Source of the DNA: an uncultured Acidobacteriota bacterium
GTDB lineage: Bacteria; Acidobacteriota; Vicinamibacteria; Vicinamibacterales; 2-12-FULL-66-21
Direction of reading: 5' to 3'
DNA length: 64,000 nucleotides
Assembly: GCA_963839705.1 (NCBI GenBank)
Contig: CAWIWL010000013.1
Coordinates: 453,950 to 517,949, forward strand
Under the pieces are notes generated by a model. It searched no databases, was not told the DNA's origin, and saw only the letters and a program-made list of their open reading frames with translations. The translations under genes were made by a program, and so were the position numbers. Positions within the stretch are counted from its first letter, which is position 1. Each line of letters begins with the position of its first letter. Of this stretch, positions 33,404 through 44,791 are shown piece after piece.

Positions 33404-35020
33404 ATGTCTCTCACTTCCTCGGTGGCGATTGCCGTTGTTGCTCTGTTCGTGCCGATTTCCGCTCAGCAGTCACACGAGCACGGCGGAGCAGAGAAGCTCG
33501 GGACCGTTCGTTTCAGTAATTCGTGCACGGCCGAGGCTCAGCCGGCTTTCGGGCGGGCGATGGCGCTGCTGCATTCCTTCGAGTTTGCGCCGGCCATCGA
33601 GAGCTTTACCGCGGCAGGCACGGCCGATCCCGGCTGCGCGATTGCCTCCTGGGGGATCGCGCTCAGCCGGTGGGGGAATCCGTTCGCGGCGGGGATCAAG
33701 GCGCCGGCCCAGCTCGAGGCTGGCCGTGCGGCGATTGCCAAGGCCAGGACGATCGGCGCGAAAACGGACCGCGAGCGCGACTACATCGCGGCCGCCGGGC
33801 GACTATTTGCTGACTTCGAGAAGGTCGACCAGCGCACGCGTCTTCTGGCCTACCGCGACGCGATGGCGGATCTCGCGGCTCGGTATGCCGACGATCCCGA
33901 GGCGTCAGCCTTCTACGCGCTGGCGCTGGCGGCCAGCAACGATCCGACAGACCAGACCTCGGCGAGCCTGATCAAAGCCGGCGCGATCCTCGAGCGGCTC
34001 GCACCGCAGCAGCCCGACCATCCGGGCTTCGTGCACTACATCATCCACGCCTACGATGTGCCGCTGCTCGCGCCGAAGGCGGTGAATGCGGCACGCGGCT
34101 ACGCCAAGATCGCACCGTCGGCCCCGCACGCCCTGCACATGCCGTCGCACACCTTCACCCGTCTCGGCTACTGGCAGGAGTCCGTCGACACCAACATCGC
34201 GTCGGCGGCGGCCGCGCGGCGAGAGAAATCCACCGGCGAAGAGCTTCACGCGATGGACTACCAGACCTATGCCTATCTGCAGATGGCGCAGGATCGCGCC
34301 GCCAGGGGCCTGGTCGATGCCCTTCCTGAGGTCATCACACGCATCAATCCCGGCGCCGTCTCCTCGAGCCCTCCGATCGCCGGGGTCTTCGCGCTTGCGG
34401 CGATCCCCGCTCGCTACGCGCTCGAACGCCGGGCGTGGGACGAGGCGGTTCGACTTGAGCTCCGGCCCAGCCGCTTCCCGCACGCCGACGCGATCACCTG
34501 GTTCGCGCGCGGACTCGGCGCGGCGCACACCGGAGATCAGCAGACCGCTCGCGCGGCGATCGATGCCCTGCAACAGCTCGAAGCGCAGCTCGCGACGGCC
34601 GGCGAGAGCTACTGGGCCGAGCAGGTCGCGATCCAGCGGCTCGGCGTGTCGGCGTGGATCGCGTTCAAAGACGGCCGGACCGACGAAGGATTGACGACGA
34701 TGCGAATCGCCGCCGACCGCGAGGACCGGACCGAGAAGAACGCAGTGACGCCTGGACCCATTGCACCGGCACGTGAGCTTCTCGGATACATGCTGATCGC
34801 GGCGAAGCGCCCGGCCGATGCCCTCGCGGCGTTCGATATCACGCTGACGAAGGAGCCCAATCGCTACCGCGCGCTCGCCGGCGCACTCGAGGCGGCACGG
34901 TTGTCCGGCAGCGAGACCGCCGAGCGGAAGTATGTCCAACCATTGCTCACGCTGACGTCGAAGGCCGATGTCCCCGGCCGTCCCGAGGTCGCGGCGCTGA
35001 AGAAGGGTGCCAGACAATGA
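33404..35020 (+). CDS. Secreted TPR-like repeat protein
   Basis: Signal-like 'MSLTSSVAIAVVALFVPISAQQS'; helical repeat pattern 'FGRAMALLHSFEFAPAIESFTAAGTADPGCAIASWGIALSRWGNPF'. Confidence 0.8.
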   Translation: MSLTSSVAIAVVALFVPISAQQSHEHGGAEKLGTVRFSNSCTAEAQPAFGRAMALLHSFEFAPAIESFTAAGTADPGCAIASWGIALSRWGNPFAAGIKAPAQLEAGRAAIAKARTIGAKTDRERDYIAAAGRLFADFEKVDQRTRLLAYRDAMADLAARYADDPEASAFYALALAASNDPTDQTSASLIKAGAILERLAPQQPDHPGFVHYIIHAYDVPLLAPKAVNAARGYAKIAPSAPHALHMPSHTFTRLGYWQESVDTNIASAAAARREKSTGEELHAMDYQTYAYLQMAQDRAARGLVDALPEVITRINPGAVSSSPPIAGVFALAAIPARYALERRAWDEAVRLELRPSRFPHADAITWFARGLGAAHTGDQQTARAAIDALQQLEAQLATAGESYWAEQVAIQRLGVSAWIAFKDGRTDEGLTTMRIAADREDRTEKNAVTPGPIAPARELLGYMLIAAKRPADALAAFDITLTKEPNRYRALAGALEAARLSGSETAERKYVQPLLTLTSKADVPGRPEVAALKKGARQ

Positions 35021-35035
35021 GCGGTCAGACCTCGG

Positions 35036-36307
35036 GTGCGCGAGTGCTGGGAGTCGCTCGTCTGTGTGGTGGCCGCGGCCGTGTCCCTCGGCGCGCAGGC
35101 TCCTGACTCGCTCGTCCAGCGCATTCGGGCAAGCGCGCAGTACGCTCAGGCGAGCGCCTTCATCGAGACCGACTACGACCGCTTCGTGAACGAGCTCATC
35201 GCGCTCAACGAAATCCCCGCCCCGCCGTTCAAGGAGCAGGCGCGGGCCAGGGCCTACGTCGAGATGCTGCGACAGCAGGGCCTCACCGATGTCGAGATCG
35301 ACGCCGAAGGCAACGCCATGGGCGTCCGCAAGGGCGCCGGCGGAGGACCGATGGTCGCCATCGTCGCTCACCTCGATACCGTGTTCCCCGAAGGGACCGA
35401 CGTCAAGGTCAAGCGGCAAGGCACGCGGTTGGCCGCACCGGGGATCGGCGACAACACGCGCGGCATCGCGCTGATGCTGGCCGTCATCCGGGCGATGGAG
35501 GCTGCGAAGTTCCAGACGACGAGCGACGTGCTCTTTGTCGGCAACGTGGGTGAGGAAGGCGAGGGTGATCTCCGCGGCGCCAAGTTTCTGCTTCGCCAGG
35601 GCAAGTACAAGGATCGCATCAAGCAGTTCATCGCCATCGACGGCGGCGAGCAAGGCAACATCACAAGCGGCGGCGTCGGGAGCCTGCGCTATCGCGTAAC
35701 GTTCAAGGGTCCCGGCGGCCACAGCTACGGGGCGTTCGGGCTCGTCAACCCCGCCTACGCTATGGGCAGCGCGATGGCGATGTTCTCGCGCATCACCGTG
35801 CCGGTTCAGCCGAAGACGACCTTCAACATCGGCGCCGTCCGGGGCGGGACGTCGGTCAACTCGATCCCCGCAGAAGTGAGCATGGACGTGGACATGCGGT
35901 CGGAATCCTGCGCCGAGCTGAAGAAAGTGAACGAGGCGTTTCTCACGATCGTCAAGCAGGCTGTCGACGAGGAGAACGGCGTGCGGTCGACGCGCGAAGG
36001 CAAGATTCAGGCAGACCCGAAGCTGATTGGCGACCGCCCGTGCGGCCAAACGCCTGCCACCTCGCCCATCGTCCAGACGGCGACCGCTGTCGTCAGGGCC
36101 TTCGGCCTGACGCCGAACTATGCGATCAGCAGCACCGATTCCAACGTGCCGATGAACATGGGCATCCCGGCCATCACCATCGGCCGCGGCGGTCCCGGGG
36201 GCAGAGCGCATGCGCCCGACGAGTGGACCGACGTCGAGCGGAAGGGCAGTGTCGAAGCCGTCAAGGTGGCGATGACAGTCATCCTGGCCGTCGCGGGCGT
36301 TCCCTGA
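35036..36307 (+). CDS. M20 family metallopeptidase
   Basis: 'MVAIVAHLDTVFPEGTDVKVKRQGTRLAAPGIGDNTRGIALMLAVIRAM...DVLFVGNVGEEGEGDLRGAKFLL...FKGPGGHSYGAFG'. Confidence 0.94.
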   Translation: MRECWESLVCVVAAAVSLGAQAPDSLVQRIRASAQYAQASAFIETDYDRFVNELIALNEIPAPPFKEQARARAYVEMLRQQGLTDVEIDAEGNAMGVRKGAGGGPMVAIVAHLDTVFPEGTDVKVKRQGTRLAAPGIGDNTRGIALMLAVIRAMEAAKFQTTSDVLFVGNVGEEGEGDLRGAKFLLRQGKYKDRIKQFIAIDGGEQGNITSGGVGSLRYRVTFKGPGGHSYGAFGLVNPAYAMGSAMAMFSRITVPVQPKTTFNIGAVRGGTSVNSIPAEVSMDVDMRSESCAELKKVNEAFLTIVKQAVDEENGVRSTREGKIQADPKLIGDRPCGQTPATSPIVQTATAVVRAFGLTPNYAISSTDSNVPMNMGIPAITIGRGGPGGRAHAPDEWTDVERKGSVEAVKVAMTVILAVAGVP

Positions 36308-37231
36308 TCACTTGCCAACGGGGGTCTTCGCGGATGCGGCCGCGTCGACTCGCCGCTGCATCTGTCCCGAGTCGATCGTCCGGCCGTCGTCGGTAATGGC
36401 CTGAAAGTGCAGCGTGTTGCCGACGATCTCCATCAGCAGGAAGGCGTAGCCCTGATCGAACCCCTTCGCGGTGAGATCCGAGCCAGTGATGTTGCCGCGC
36501 CGGACCTTTGCCGCGCTCCCGGCGATGATGTAGTTGATGCCGTGCTGGGGCTTGATGCGCTCGTAGAAGTGCTCGTGGCCGGTCAGCACCAGATCCACGC
36601 CGTGCTTCAGGAAGATCGGCTCCAACAGATCGCGCAGCTTGGTATCGGATCCGTGCGTGTCCCCGGATGAATAGAGGGGATGATGGAAGAAGCAGATCTT
36701 CCACTCCGAGCCGCTGGCAGCCAGTTCCTTCTCGAGCCACTCGACCTGGGCCTTGTCCACGTAGTTGCTGTCGAGCGCAAAGAAGCGGACGCTGCCCTGC
36801 GACGGCTTGAAGGAGTAGAACCGCTCGCCGTTCATGTTGAAGGGCTTGTAGAACCGCTGGTTCGGGTCGTCGTGATTCCCGAGCGCGCTGTAGAACTTGA
36901 CGCCCGCGTCGAGCAGCGGCTTGTACGGCCGTTCGAACTTGTCCGCGAAATCGGCCGGCGTTTCGCCGCCGTAGAGATTGTCGCCGAGCATCAGCGTGAA
37001 CTCGAACGGGAACGTCTCCCGCGCCGCCGCCAACCGCTGCGCGACGCGGAGTTGCGCGCTTCCACCGGTGCCGCTGTCGCCGATGACCGCGAACTTCACC
37101 GATTTCGCGTCTCGTGGCAGGGAGATCTCCTGGGCACGTGCCGGAGCGGCCCGTTGACCGCCGACGGCGAGCCCGACGGTGAAACCGACTGCGATAACGA
37201 CGAGTGAGGCCGACTTAACCAGCCGGAGCAT
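36308..37231 (-). CDS. Metallophosphoesterase, purple acid phosphatase-like
   Basis: 'VKFAVIGDSGTGG', 'LMLGDNLYGG', 'ALGNHDD', 'FFHHPLYSSG', 'VLTGHEHFYERI'. Confidence 0.93.
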   Translation of the reverse strand: MLRLVKSASLVVIAVGFTVGLAVGGQRAAPARAQEISLPRDAKSVKFAVIGDSGTGGSAQLRVAQRLAAARETFPFEFTLMLGDNLYGGETPADFADKFERPYKPLLDAGVKFYSALGNHDDPNQRFYKPFNMNGERFYSFKPSQGSVRFFALDSNYVDKAQVEWLEKELAASGSEWKICFFHHPLYSSGDTHGSDTKLRDLLEPIFLKHGVDLVLTGHEHFYERIKPQHGINYIIAGSAAKVRRGNITGSDLTAKGFDQGYAFLLMEIVGNTLHFQAITDDGRTIDSGQMQRRVDAAASAKTPVGK

Positions 37232-37241
37232 GGAACCCCCT

Positions 37242-37813
37242 TCAACGCATAACGCGCGGGATGAAATCGACGATCAGGTTCGCGTGGACGTCGCGAAGGA
37301 TGAGATCGCGTCCAACGATCCGGTATCCAGATCCTCGGGCAGTTGCGGCAGGTTGGCCAGGATGTTGGGTGGAACCGTCGGGAGCGCGTCAGCCGTGTAC
37401 GGTGCGTTTACCTTCAACGCGATAGCCGGCGGCGCATCCTCCTTGATCACTTCCTTCGTCTTGACGCCCTTCGTGCCGGTCACTTCGGGGTAGATCAGCT
37501 GCCGCAACCGCTCGGCGATCTCGGGCGTGAAGATGTCGCCCTGCTTCGCGCCCGCGCGCTCGCTGCGGATGGCCGTTGCGAGTGCCTGCTGTGAGGCCTG
37601 TATTTTCGCCGGATCGTCCACCTTCTTCAGCGGCGGCGTCTCCTTCTCGAGCCGCTTGTGGAGCTCCATGTACTTGTCGATGCGCTGTTTGAAGTCCAGC
37701 AGCACCAGCGCTTCGGCGTTGACCTTCGGGCCATCGGGCTTGGGTTGCTGGATACCAACATTGGCCGTCGCCATTCCACAGCTCAGCACGAGAACTGCTC
37801 CGATTCCTTGCAT
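37242..37813 (-). CDS. Hypothetical periplasmic protein, apparent frameshift near 37327
   Basis: Frame 1: 'MQGIGAVLVLSCGMATANVG...TVPPNILANLPQLPEDL'. The next frame continues as 'YRIVGRDLILRDVHANLIVDFIPRVMR*' to 37242. Confidence 0.65.
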
Positions 37814-37960
37814 CAGACACACTCCGCTGCCTGAGTCTTCAGGATGCGTGCCCACTGTTGACGAGCTCTGCTGGTGTGCGACAATGGGGGTGCCTGCCTT
37901 GCCTGAGCCTTGGCGCTCCACGCGTGCGCCGGGGCCCGTTCTGGTTTAGAGGTACTTCCG

Positions 37961-38983
37961 ATGAGCTCCCACGTGAGCACTTTCAGAGGCGCCGCCCTCC
38001 GCTCGCGCTATGTCGTGCCGGCGGTGACTGTCGTCTGCGCCGCAGCGCTGTGTGTGTCGATCGCCGGCCAACAGCAGACGCCGTTCAAGAGCGGCGCGAG
38101 CACGGTTGCGGTGTACACCACCGTGACCGACTCGACCGGCCGGCTGGTGCCCGATCTCACCAAAGACGACTTCGAGGTCTACGACAACGGCAAGCTCCAG
38201 CCGATCACGCTCTTCAACACCGAGACGCAGCCCATCTCGGTCATCGTGATGCTCGACCGGAGCGGCAGCATGAAGGAGAACTTCCGGCTCGTCTCGGTCG
38301 GCGCCGAGGAGTTCATCAAACGGCTGCTGCCTGCCGACAAGGCCCGCATCGGCAGCTTCGCCACCAAGATAGAGATCAGTCCCGAAGAGTTCACGAGCGA
38401 CCGGCGGGCGTTGGTCGAGATCCTCCGCTCCGAGCTGCAGCCCGACGGACCGACGCCGCTCTGGAATGCCGCCAACGTCGCCATCAGGGAACTGCTGCCC
38501 CAGGACGGGCGCAAGGTCGTCCTGCTCTTTACCGACGGCGTGGACAGCCCGGGCAACTTCAAGACGAACAACCTCAGCGTGATGGACGTGATGGAGCGCG
38601 CGACCAAGGAAGACGTGATGCTGTACGCGATCGGTCTCGAGAGCCGCTTGCCGTACGGCCGTACGCAGGCACCACTTGGGGGCGGCGGCTTTACCGGCGG
38701 GTTTGGCGGCGGTGGCGGCGGCGGGATGACGCAGCGGCCCGATCCGGGGCTGCCGAAGATTGCCTCGGAAACCGGCGGCGGCTACTTCGAGCTGACCCGA
38801 GCCGACGATCTGAAGTCGACCTTCGCCCGCGTCGCCGACGAGCTGCACCAGCAGTACGCGCTCGGGTTTGCGCCGACCAAGCTCGATGGCAAGACACACG
38901 ACCTCGAGGTCAAGGTCAAGACCAAGGGCATGAAAGCCAGGGCGCGCAAGAGCTACGTCGCGGCGAAGGCGCCGACGTCCTGA
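37961..38983 (+). CDS. VWA domain-containing secreted protein
   Basis: 'PISVIVMLDRSGSMKENFRLVSVGAEEFIKRLLPADKARIGSFATKIEIS' is a MIDAS-like DxSxS motif; Gly-rich tract 'GGGGFTGGFGGGGGGG'. Confidence 0.9.
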   Translation: MSSHVSTFRGAALRSRYVVPAVTVVCAAALCVSIAGQQQTPFKSGASTVAVYTTVTDSTGRLVPDLTKDDFEVYDNGKLQPITLFNTETQPISVIVMLDRSGSMKENFRLVSVGAEEFIKRLLPADKARIGSFATKIEISPEEFTSDRRALVEILRSELQPDGPTPLWNAANVAIRELLPQDGRKVVLLFTDGVDSPGNFKTNNLSVMDVMERATKEDVMLYAIGLESRLPYGRTQAPLGGGGFTGGFGGGGGGGMTQRPDPGLPKIASETGGGYFELTRADDLKSTFARVADELHQQYALGFAPTKLDGKTHDLEVKVKTKGMKARARKSYVAAKAPTS

Positions 38984-38986
38984 CGC

Positions 38987-39409
38987 TCAGTCGTCTCCCG
39001 CGACGGAACGGCGGCGCTCCTTGGTGCTCGCGCGGCGCCGTTTGGCATCCAGGCGCTGCAGCTTGGACGCCCCGGACGGCCGCGTCTTGCGGCGCCGCTT
39101 CGGCCTGACCGCGGCCTTGCGCAGCAGTTCCACCAGCCGCTCCCGCGCCGCCTCCCGATTCTGCGCCTGCGTCCTGAACGCGCGCGAATCGATCACCACC
39201 ACACCATCGGCCGTCATGCGCGAGCCGGCAATCGTCTTGAGGCGCCCGCGCAATTCGTCGTCTATCGAGCGCGACCGGCCCGCATCGAAGCGCAGTTGCA
39301 CCGCCGTCGCCACCTTGTTGACGTTCTGACCGCCCGGTCCGGACGAGCGAACGAACCGTTCCTCGATTTCGGAGTCGTCGATGACGATGGTGGGGGTGAT
39401 GTGGAGCAT
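38987..39409 (-). CDS. arfB: Peptidyl-tRNA hydrolase domain protein, ArfB-like (aminoacyl-tRNA hydrolase)
   Basis: 'IEERFVRSSGPGGQNVNKVATAVQLRFDA' (GGQ motif) with a basic C-terminal tail 'RPKRRRKTRPSGASKLQRLDAKRRR'. Confidence 0.9.
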   Translation of the reverse strand: MLHITPTIVIDDSEIEERFVRSSGPGGQNVNKVATAVQLRFDAGRSRSIDDELRGRLKTIAGSRMTADGVVVIDSRAFRTQAQNREAARERLVELLRKAAVRPKRRRKTRPSGASKLQRLDAKRRRASTKERRRSVAGDD

Positions 39410-39415
39410 TGAGCT

Positions 39416-39521
39416 TCAGGTTCAGGGTTCAAGGTTCAAGGCTTCAAGGTTCAAAGTTCAAGCCGCGAGCTACGACAGCTCGCTCGACGATCTTACTTGA
39501 ACCCTGAACCCTGAACCCTGA
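39416..39521. repeat. Heptad repeats (ttcaagg)n and (tgaaccc)n in opposite orientation
   Basis: 'ttcaggttcagggttcaaggttcaaggcttcaaggttcaaagttcaag' ... 'ttgaaccctgaaccctgaaccctgaac'. Confidence 0.85.
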
Positions 39522-39522
39522 A

Positions 39523-41985
39523 CTACGCCTCCCACCTGAGCGCCTCGGCCGGATCGATCCGCGAGGCTCGGCGTGCGGGCAGATAGCTGGCGAGAACGGC
39601 GGTTCCGCCGAGGGCGAGGGCGACGGCCGCGTAGGTGAGCGGATCGTACGCGCTGACGCCGAAGAGGAGCGTCGACATGGCGCGCGTCAGCAGCGCAGCG
39701 GCCGCCAGTCCGCACACGATCCCGATGGCGGCGAGAACGATGCCGTGACGCACGAAGAGTTGGCTCACGTCGCGACTGGCCGCGCCGAGCGCGATGCGGA
39801 TGCCGATCTCCTTGGTCCGCTGTTGCGCGACGTAGGCGATGACGCCGTAGATGCCGACCACGCCGAGCAGGAGCGCGACGGCGGCAGCAATCCCGAGCAT
39901 CACAAGCGCGAAGGAGGTCTGTGCCATGGAGCCGGCGCGGATCTGGTCGAGCGTGCGCACGCTGGCGACAGGCAGGTTTCCGTTCACGGACCAGACGGCC
40001 TGCTGGATCTCCTTCAGCAGCGTCGGCGAGCCGGTTCGATCCGTCCGCACGGCATAGGCGAGATTGCGTTGCGCGAATGTCTGGCCTCGGTAGTAGTTGT
40101 CAATCCAGAGAGGCCAGTAGATGATGGCCGGCGCCGGCCGCACGATGCCGTTGTCGCGCTCGTTGCCCACGACGCCGATGATCGTCCGCCACGGGTTGCT
40201 TGGCGTCTGGCGGATCCGCTTGCCAATCGCCGCCGCGGGTTCCTTCCAATACTCTCTGGCAAAGTTCTCGCTGATCAGCACGACAGACGCCTTGCTGTAA
40301 ACGTCGGCCCACGTCATCTCCCGGCCCGCCACGATGGGATTGCCCATCGTCTGGAAGTAATTCTGCGCCGTCCATTTGAAGCGGCGCAGGGGCGGCAGCT
40401 TCTCGTCTGGCGGCGGGAAGTCCTCGACGAAGATGGGGTCGTTGCTGTCGAAGCCGTCCATGGTGATCGAGTTCGACACTCCCACTGACTTGACTCCGGG
40501 GATCTGCTCGAGCTTGCGGACGATCTGTTCGTGCGTGCGCAGCGCCCGTTCCTCGTCGGGGATGAGTGTCTCCGGGATCGACACGCGCAGCGTGAGCACT
40601 TCTTCCGGGCGGACGAATCCGGGCGCGACCTGGCGCATGGCCTGGAACGTGCGGATCATCAAACCGGAGGCGACGAGCAGAACCACCGCAAGCGCGATCT
40701 CGGCGACGACGAGTCCGTTGCGCGCGCGGTGACGCTCGCGTCCGGCGCTCGAGAGGCGTCCTCCCTCTTTGAGCGTCGACGCGAGGTGCGGCGTGGCGAA
40801 CTTCGCGACGGGAAGCAGCCCGAAGAGGAGTCCTGCCAACAGCGAAATCGACAGCGTGAACAGGAGCACCAGCGGATCGAGCCCGATCTCTCCCGTGCGC
40901 GGCAGCCCGTCGGGCGCATTGGCGACCAGCATGCGGATCCCGGCATAGGCCAGGCCGAGTCCGACGACGCCGCCGGCGAGCGCCAGCGTGAGGCTTTCCG
41001 AAAGAAGCTCCCAGGCAATCCTGCGTGAACCGGCGCCGAGAGCAGCGTGGATGGCCAGTTCCTGCTGTCGCGCCTCGGCGCGCACCAGGAACAGGTTCGC
41101 GACGTTCGCGCATGCGATGAGCAGCACGAGCCCGACCGTGCCCAGAAGGACCCACAGCACGCGTCCGATGTCGCCGACGGCGTCGACCGAGAGCGGCCGA
41201 ACGTTGGGTCCCATCTTCACGTCATCGAACATCTTTCGTGTGAACCCGCCCGGCATCGGGAACCGATCGGGGATCACGGGGATCAATCGGGCGACGTCCG
41301 CGTTGGCCTGCTCGAGCGTCACGCCCGGTTTGAGGCGCGCCACGCCCTGAAAGCTGAAGTTGCCGACATGAAGCTCGGCGCGATTGAAGCGGAAGGGGAG
41401 GACGAGCTGCGGGTTGCGATTGAGGAAGCTGAACTTCGCCGGAAGCACGCCGATGATTTCGCGGGGCTTGCCGTCGACGACGATCGACTTGCCGACGACG
41501 GAGCGATCGCTGCCGAACTTCCGTTCCCAGTAGGCATGGCTCAGGATGACGCGTTCGGGCGTCTTCGGCGAGTCGTCTTCCGCGGTAAAGCTCCGCCCCA
41601 GAATCGGGTTCACGTGCAGCAGGCTCAGCGTGCCGTCAGTTACGAACAGGACCTGGATTCGCTCCGGCTCTCCGCTGCCCGTGACCGACACGGCGCCGTT
41701 GTCCCAGAGGCCGATATCCTGGAAGACTCGTCCTTCCTCCCGGTAGACCAGGTAGGTGGCGGGCGACATGTTCAGGTTCGGGATCCCGAGTCCCGGCGCC
41801 GCGTGCCACACGCCGACGAGCGCATCGGGCTCGTCGAAGGGCAGCGGCTTGAGCAGCACCCCGCGGACGACGCTGAAGATGGCCGTGTTGGCGCCGATGC
41901 CGAGCGCGAGCGTAAAGACCGCGATCAGCGTGAACATGGGTGCCCGAAGCAGGCGCCGGACAACTCGCCGGGGAGTGGCAGTCAT
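39523..41985 (-). CDS. ABC transporter permease, MacB/FtsX type (ADOP-like)
   Basis: '[54 protein letters not shown]...[26 protein letters not shown]...[18 protein letters not shown]'. Confidence 0.93.
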   Translation of the reverse strand: MTATPRRVVRRLLRAPMFTLIAVFTLALGIGANTAIFSVVRGVLLKPLPFDEPDALVGVWHAAPGLGIPNLNMSPATYLVYREEGRVFQDIGLWDNGAVSVTGSGEPERIQVLFVTDGTLSLLHVNPILGRSFTAEDDSPKTPERVILSHAYWERKFGSDRSVVGKSIVVDGKPREIIGVLPAKFSFLNRNPQLVLPFRFNRAELHVGNFSFQGVARLKPGVTLEQANADVARLIPVIPDRFPMPGGFTRKMFDDVKMGPNVRPLSVDAVGDIGRVLWVLLGTVGLVLLIACANVANLFLVRAEARQQELAIHAALGAGSRRIAWELLSESLTLALAGGVVGLGLAYAGIRMLVANAPDGLPRTGEIGLDPLVLLFTLSISLLAGLLFGLLPVAKFATPHLASTLKEGGRLSSAGRERHRARNGLVVAEIALAVVLLVASGLMIRTFQAMRQVAPGFVRPEEVLTLRVSIPETLIPDEERALRTHEQIVRKLEQIPGVKSVGVSNSITMDGFDSNDPIFVEDFPPPDEKLPPLRRFKWTAQNYFQTMGNPIVAGREMTWADVYSKASVVLISENFAREYWKEPAAAIGKRIRQTPSNPWRTIIGVVGNERDNGIVRPAPAIIYWPLWIDNYYRGQTFAQRNLAYAVRTDRTGSPTLLKEIQQAVWSVNGNLPVASVRTLDQIRAGSMAQTSFALVMLGIAAAVALLLGVVGIYGVIAYVAQQRTKEIGIRIALGAASRDVSQLFVRHGIVLAAIGIVCGLAAAALLTRAMSTLLFGVSAYDPLTYAAVALALGGTAVLASYLPARRASRIDPAEALRWEA

Positions 41986-42025
41986 GTGGACCTTAGACGT
42001 CCGCCGCTCGTCCCGCGTTCGGCCC

Positions 42026-42103
42026 GGGGACACTCAACCGTGACAGTCCCCGGGGACATTCAACCGTGACAGTCCCCGGGGACATTCAACCGTGACAGTC
42101 CCC
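42026..42103. repeat. Three tandem 26-bp repeats (ggggaca[c/t]tcaaccgtgacagtcccc)
   Basis: Units start at 42026, 42052 and 42078. They are near-identical and each is bounded by gggg/cccc. Confidence 0.95.
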
Positions 42104-42229
42104 GACTTACCCGCGGCCGGGGGCGGACGGCGGGTGTTCGGAGTCGACCACTGTGGCTGCGCATTCAACGGGTTTGCGTTCATTTCGTCCGGATTTTCGG
42201 GGCACACGGGTTGCACTACACTGACCCCG

Positions 42230-44777
42230 ATGTTTCCTATGCTCTCTGATGCGCTTCAGGACGTTCGCTTCGGGCTTCGGCTGCTGCGGCGAAGTCCGGT
42301 GTTCACGACGGTCGCGGTCGCGTCGCTCGCGCTCGGCATTGGCGGGGCGGCGGCGGTGTTCTCGCTGCTCAACGCGATCGTGCTTCGCAGCCTCCCTGTG
42401 GCCGAACCCGATCGGCTCTTCGTCGCCGAGCGACATCGCCCCGACGAGATGTCGCCGCGGTTCTCATGGCCCGAGGCCATCCGGCTTCGCGACGAACTGG
42501 CCGGACGTTCTGAGCTTGCCGCCGCGAGCTCGATCGCCGCCGTCCAGCTCCGTCCGTCTCGCGCATCCGCGACCTCCGCCGAGCGCGGGTCGGTTCAGCT
42601 CGTCTCCGGCGAGTACTTCGACGTGCTCCGCCAGCGAGCCCACTCCGGCCGCCTCCTGACCCTCGACGACAACCGCGTGCTCGACGGTCACCCGGTCGCC
42701 GTCGTCAGCTACGGCTACTGGCAACGCAGCCTCGCCGGTGCATCCGATGCGATCGGTCAGACGCTCGCCATCAACGGTGCGCCATTCACCATCGTCGGCG
42801 TGACTGCTCCAGAGTTCTTCGGCACGACGGTGTCGATGCGAGGCGCCGACGCCTGGGTGCCGCTGATGATGCAGTCGACAATTCGCTACGGCGGGAACGC
42901 CAGCTCGCACGACGACGGCGACACCCGGAAGCCATGGCCGCCGCAGGAAAACATCGAGTGGCTGAACCTGTTCGCGCGCGTACCAACGGCCACCGAGCAG
43001 ACGTCGATTGCCGCGGCGCTGACCGTTCGCCACCATGCCTACGTTTCCGCGCGGCGCGGCGCTGACGCCAGCTACGCCGCGCAGCTGCGCGCCGAACGCA
43101 TCGTGCTCGCCCCGGCCGGCCGCGGCTTGTCCTCGCTCCGCAGTCAGGCCTCGACCGTGCTCTACGTCCTGCTCGCGATGATGGTCATCCTGCTCTTGAT
43201 CGCCAGCGGCAACGTCGCCAGCCTGCTCGTGGCGCGGGCGACTTCGCGCGAGCGCGAAATTGCCGTGCGCCTGTCGCTTGGCGCCGGGCGGGTCCGGCTC
43301 ATCCGTCAGCTCCTCGTCGAGAGCCTCCTGCTCGGTCTTGGCGGAGGCGCGGTGGGGCTCGGGTTCGCGGTGTGGGGCCGCGACCTCCTGCTCGGACTCT
43401 TTGCGAGCGGCCAGGCGTCGCTCATCACGCTCGACACCGGACTCGACTGGCGGGTGCTGGCCTTCTCGGCCGGCATGTCGCTCATGACGGGGCTGGCCTG
43501 CGGACTGCTGCCCGCCTTGCGCGGCACACGTGTGCCCGTCTCGGAGTCGCTCAAGCTCCAGACGCGCGCGGTGGGGCTGGTCAGCCGCCGGACGCTCCTC
43601 GCCGGCCGCGCGCTCGTCGCGGCGCAGATGGCGTTCTGTCTGCTCCTGCTCATCGTCGCCGGCCTGTTCGTGAGGAGCCTGCGCGTGCTGACGACTTCCG
43701 AGATCGGATTCGATCGCCAGCACCTGCTGGGCGCGCGGCTCGACGTGCGAAGCCTCGGGTACTCCGCCGGGCAGCGGCAGGTGCTCTACACGCGCTTGCT
43801 CGACCGCGTGCGGGCACTGCCGGGCGTGCAGTCGGCCAGCCTGTCGATGAACGGTCCCGTGATGGGATCCTCGCAGATCAGCGGCTTCAGCATCGAGGGC
43901 TACACGCCACGAACGGGCGAGCGGATGTCGACGAACGAGGAGATTGTCACCGAGGACTACTTCTCGACCGTCGGCCTGAAGATCGTCCGTGGCCGGACGT
44001 TCGGCTCGGGCGATCGCGGCGAAAGCTCCAAAGCCACGCTGATCAACGAAACGATGGCGCGCCGTTTCTTTCCGGGCCAAGACCCGATTGGCAAGCGCTG
44101 GGCCTACGATGCCAACTCGGTCAGCACGCCCGACGCCTTCGTCGTCGTCGGCGTCGTGGAGGACGCGAAGTATAGGGACTTGAAGGCCGCCATTCCAACG
44201 ATGACCTACCACTTGTCGGGACCGGCAGAGGACGCCGTGCTGAGCGATCTCGAGGTGCGCACGTCGGGCGCGCCCGAAGCGCTCGTGCCGACACTCCGAC
44301 AGGTGCTCGCCGAAGCCGAGCCAAACCTGCCGGTGTTCGACATTCTGCCGATCGAGCAGCGCGTCGCACGGGCGCTTTCGCAGGACGCGGTCGTCGCGCA
44401 GCTGACGACGGTGTTCAGCGGCATTTCGCTCCTGCTCGCCTGCCTCGGCCTCTACGGGACGATTTCCTACGGCGTCAACCAGCGCGTCGCCGAGCTCGGG
44501 CTGCGGATTGCCCTGGGAGCGGATCGGCGTCAGGGTCCTCTGGCTCGTGATGCGCGAAGCGCTGGTGCTCGTTGCCGTCGGAAGCGTCGTCGGATTCTCG
44601 CTGGCCTACCTGGCGGCTCGCAGCCTGGGTACCGTGCTGTACGGCATCGGTCCGGCCGATCCACTGGCCTACGGAATCGGCACGGCGCTGCTCTTGAGTG
44701 TCGGCCTCGTCGCCGCCTATCTCCCCGCGTTCCGCGCGTCTCGCATCGAACCGATGCGCGCGCTCGCGGGCGGCTGA
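42230..44777 (+). CDS. ABC transporter permease, MacB/FtsX type (ADOP-like), apparent frameshift near 44533
   Basis: 'LSDALQDVRFGLRLLRRSPVFTTVAVASLALGIGGAAAVFSLLNAIVLRSLPV...LGLRIALGADRRQ', then in the next frame 'VLWLVMREALVLVAVGSVVGFSLAYLAARSLG...FRASRIEPMRALAGG'. Confidence 0.92.
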
Positions 44778-44791
44778 TCGTTATTCACAGT

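Noticed and set aside
33905-36211. 768-aa minus-strand ORF spanning the TPR and M20 genes
   Set aside because: Crosses two convincing plus-strand genes; composition is typical of a reverse-frame shadow.
42026-42103. Possible CRISPR array
   Set aside because: Units are directly contiguous with no spacers, there are only three, and no cas genes are present.
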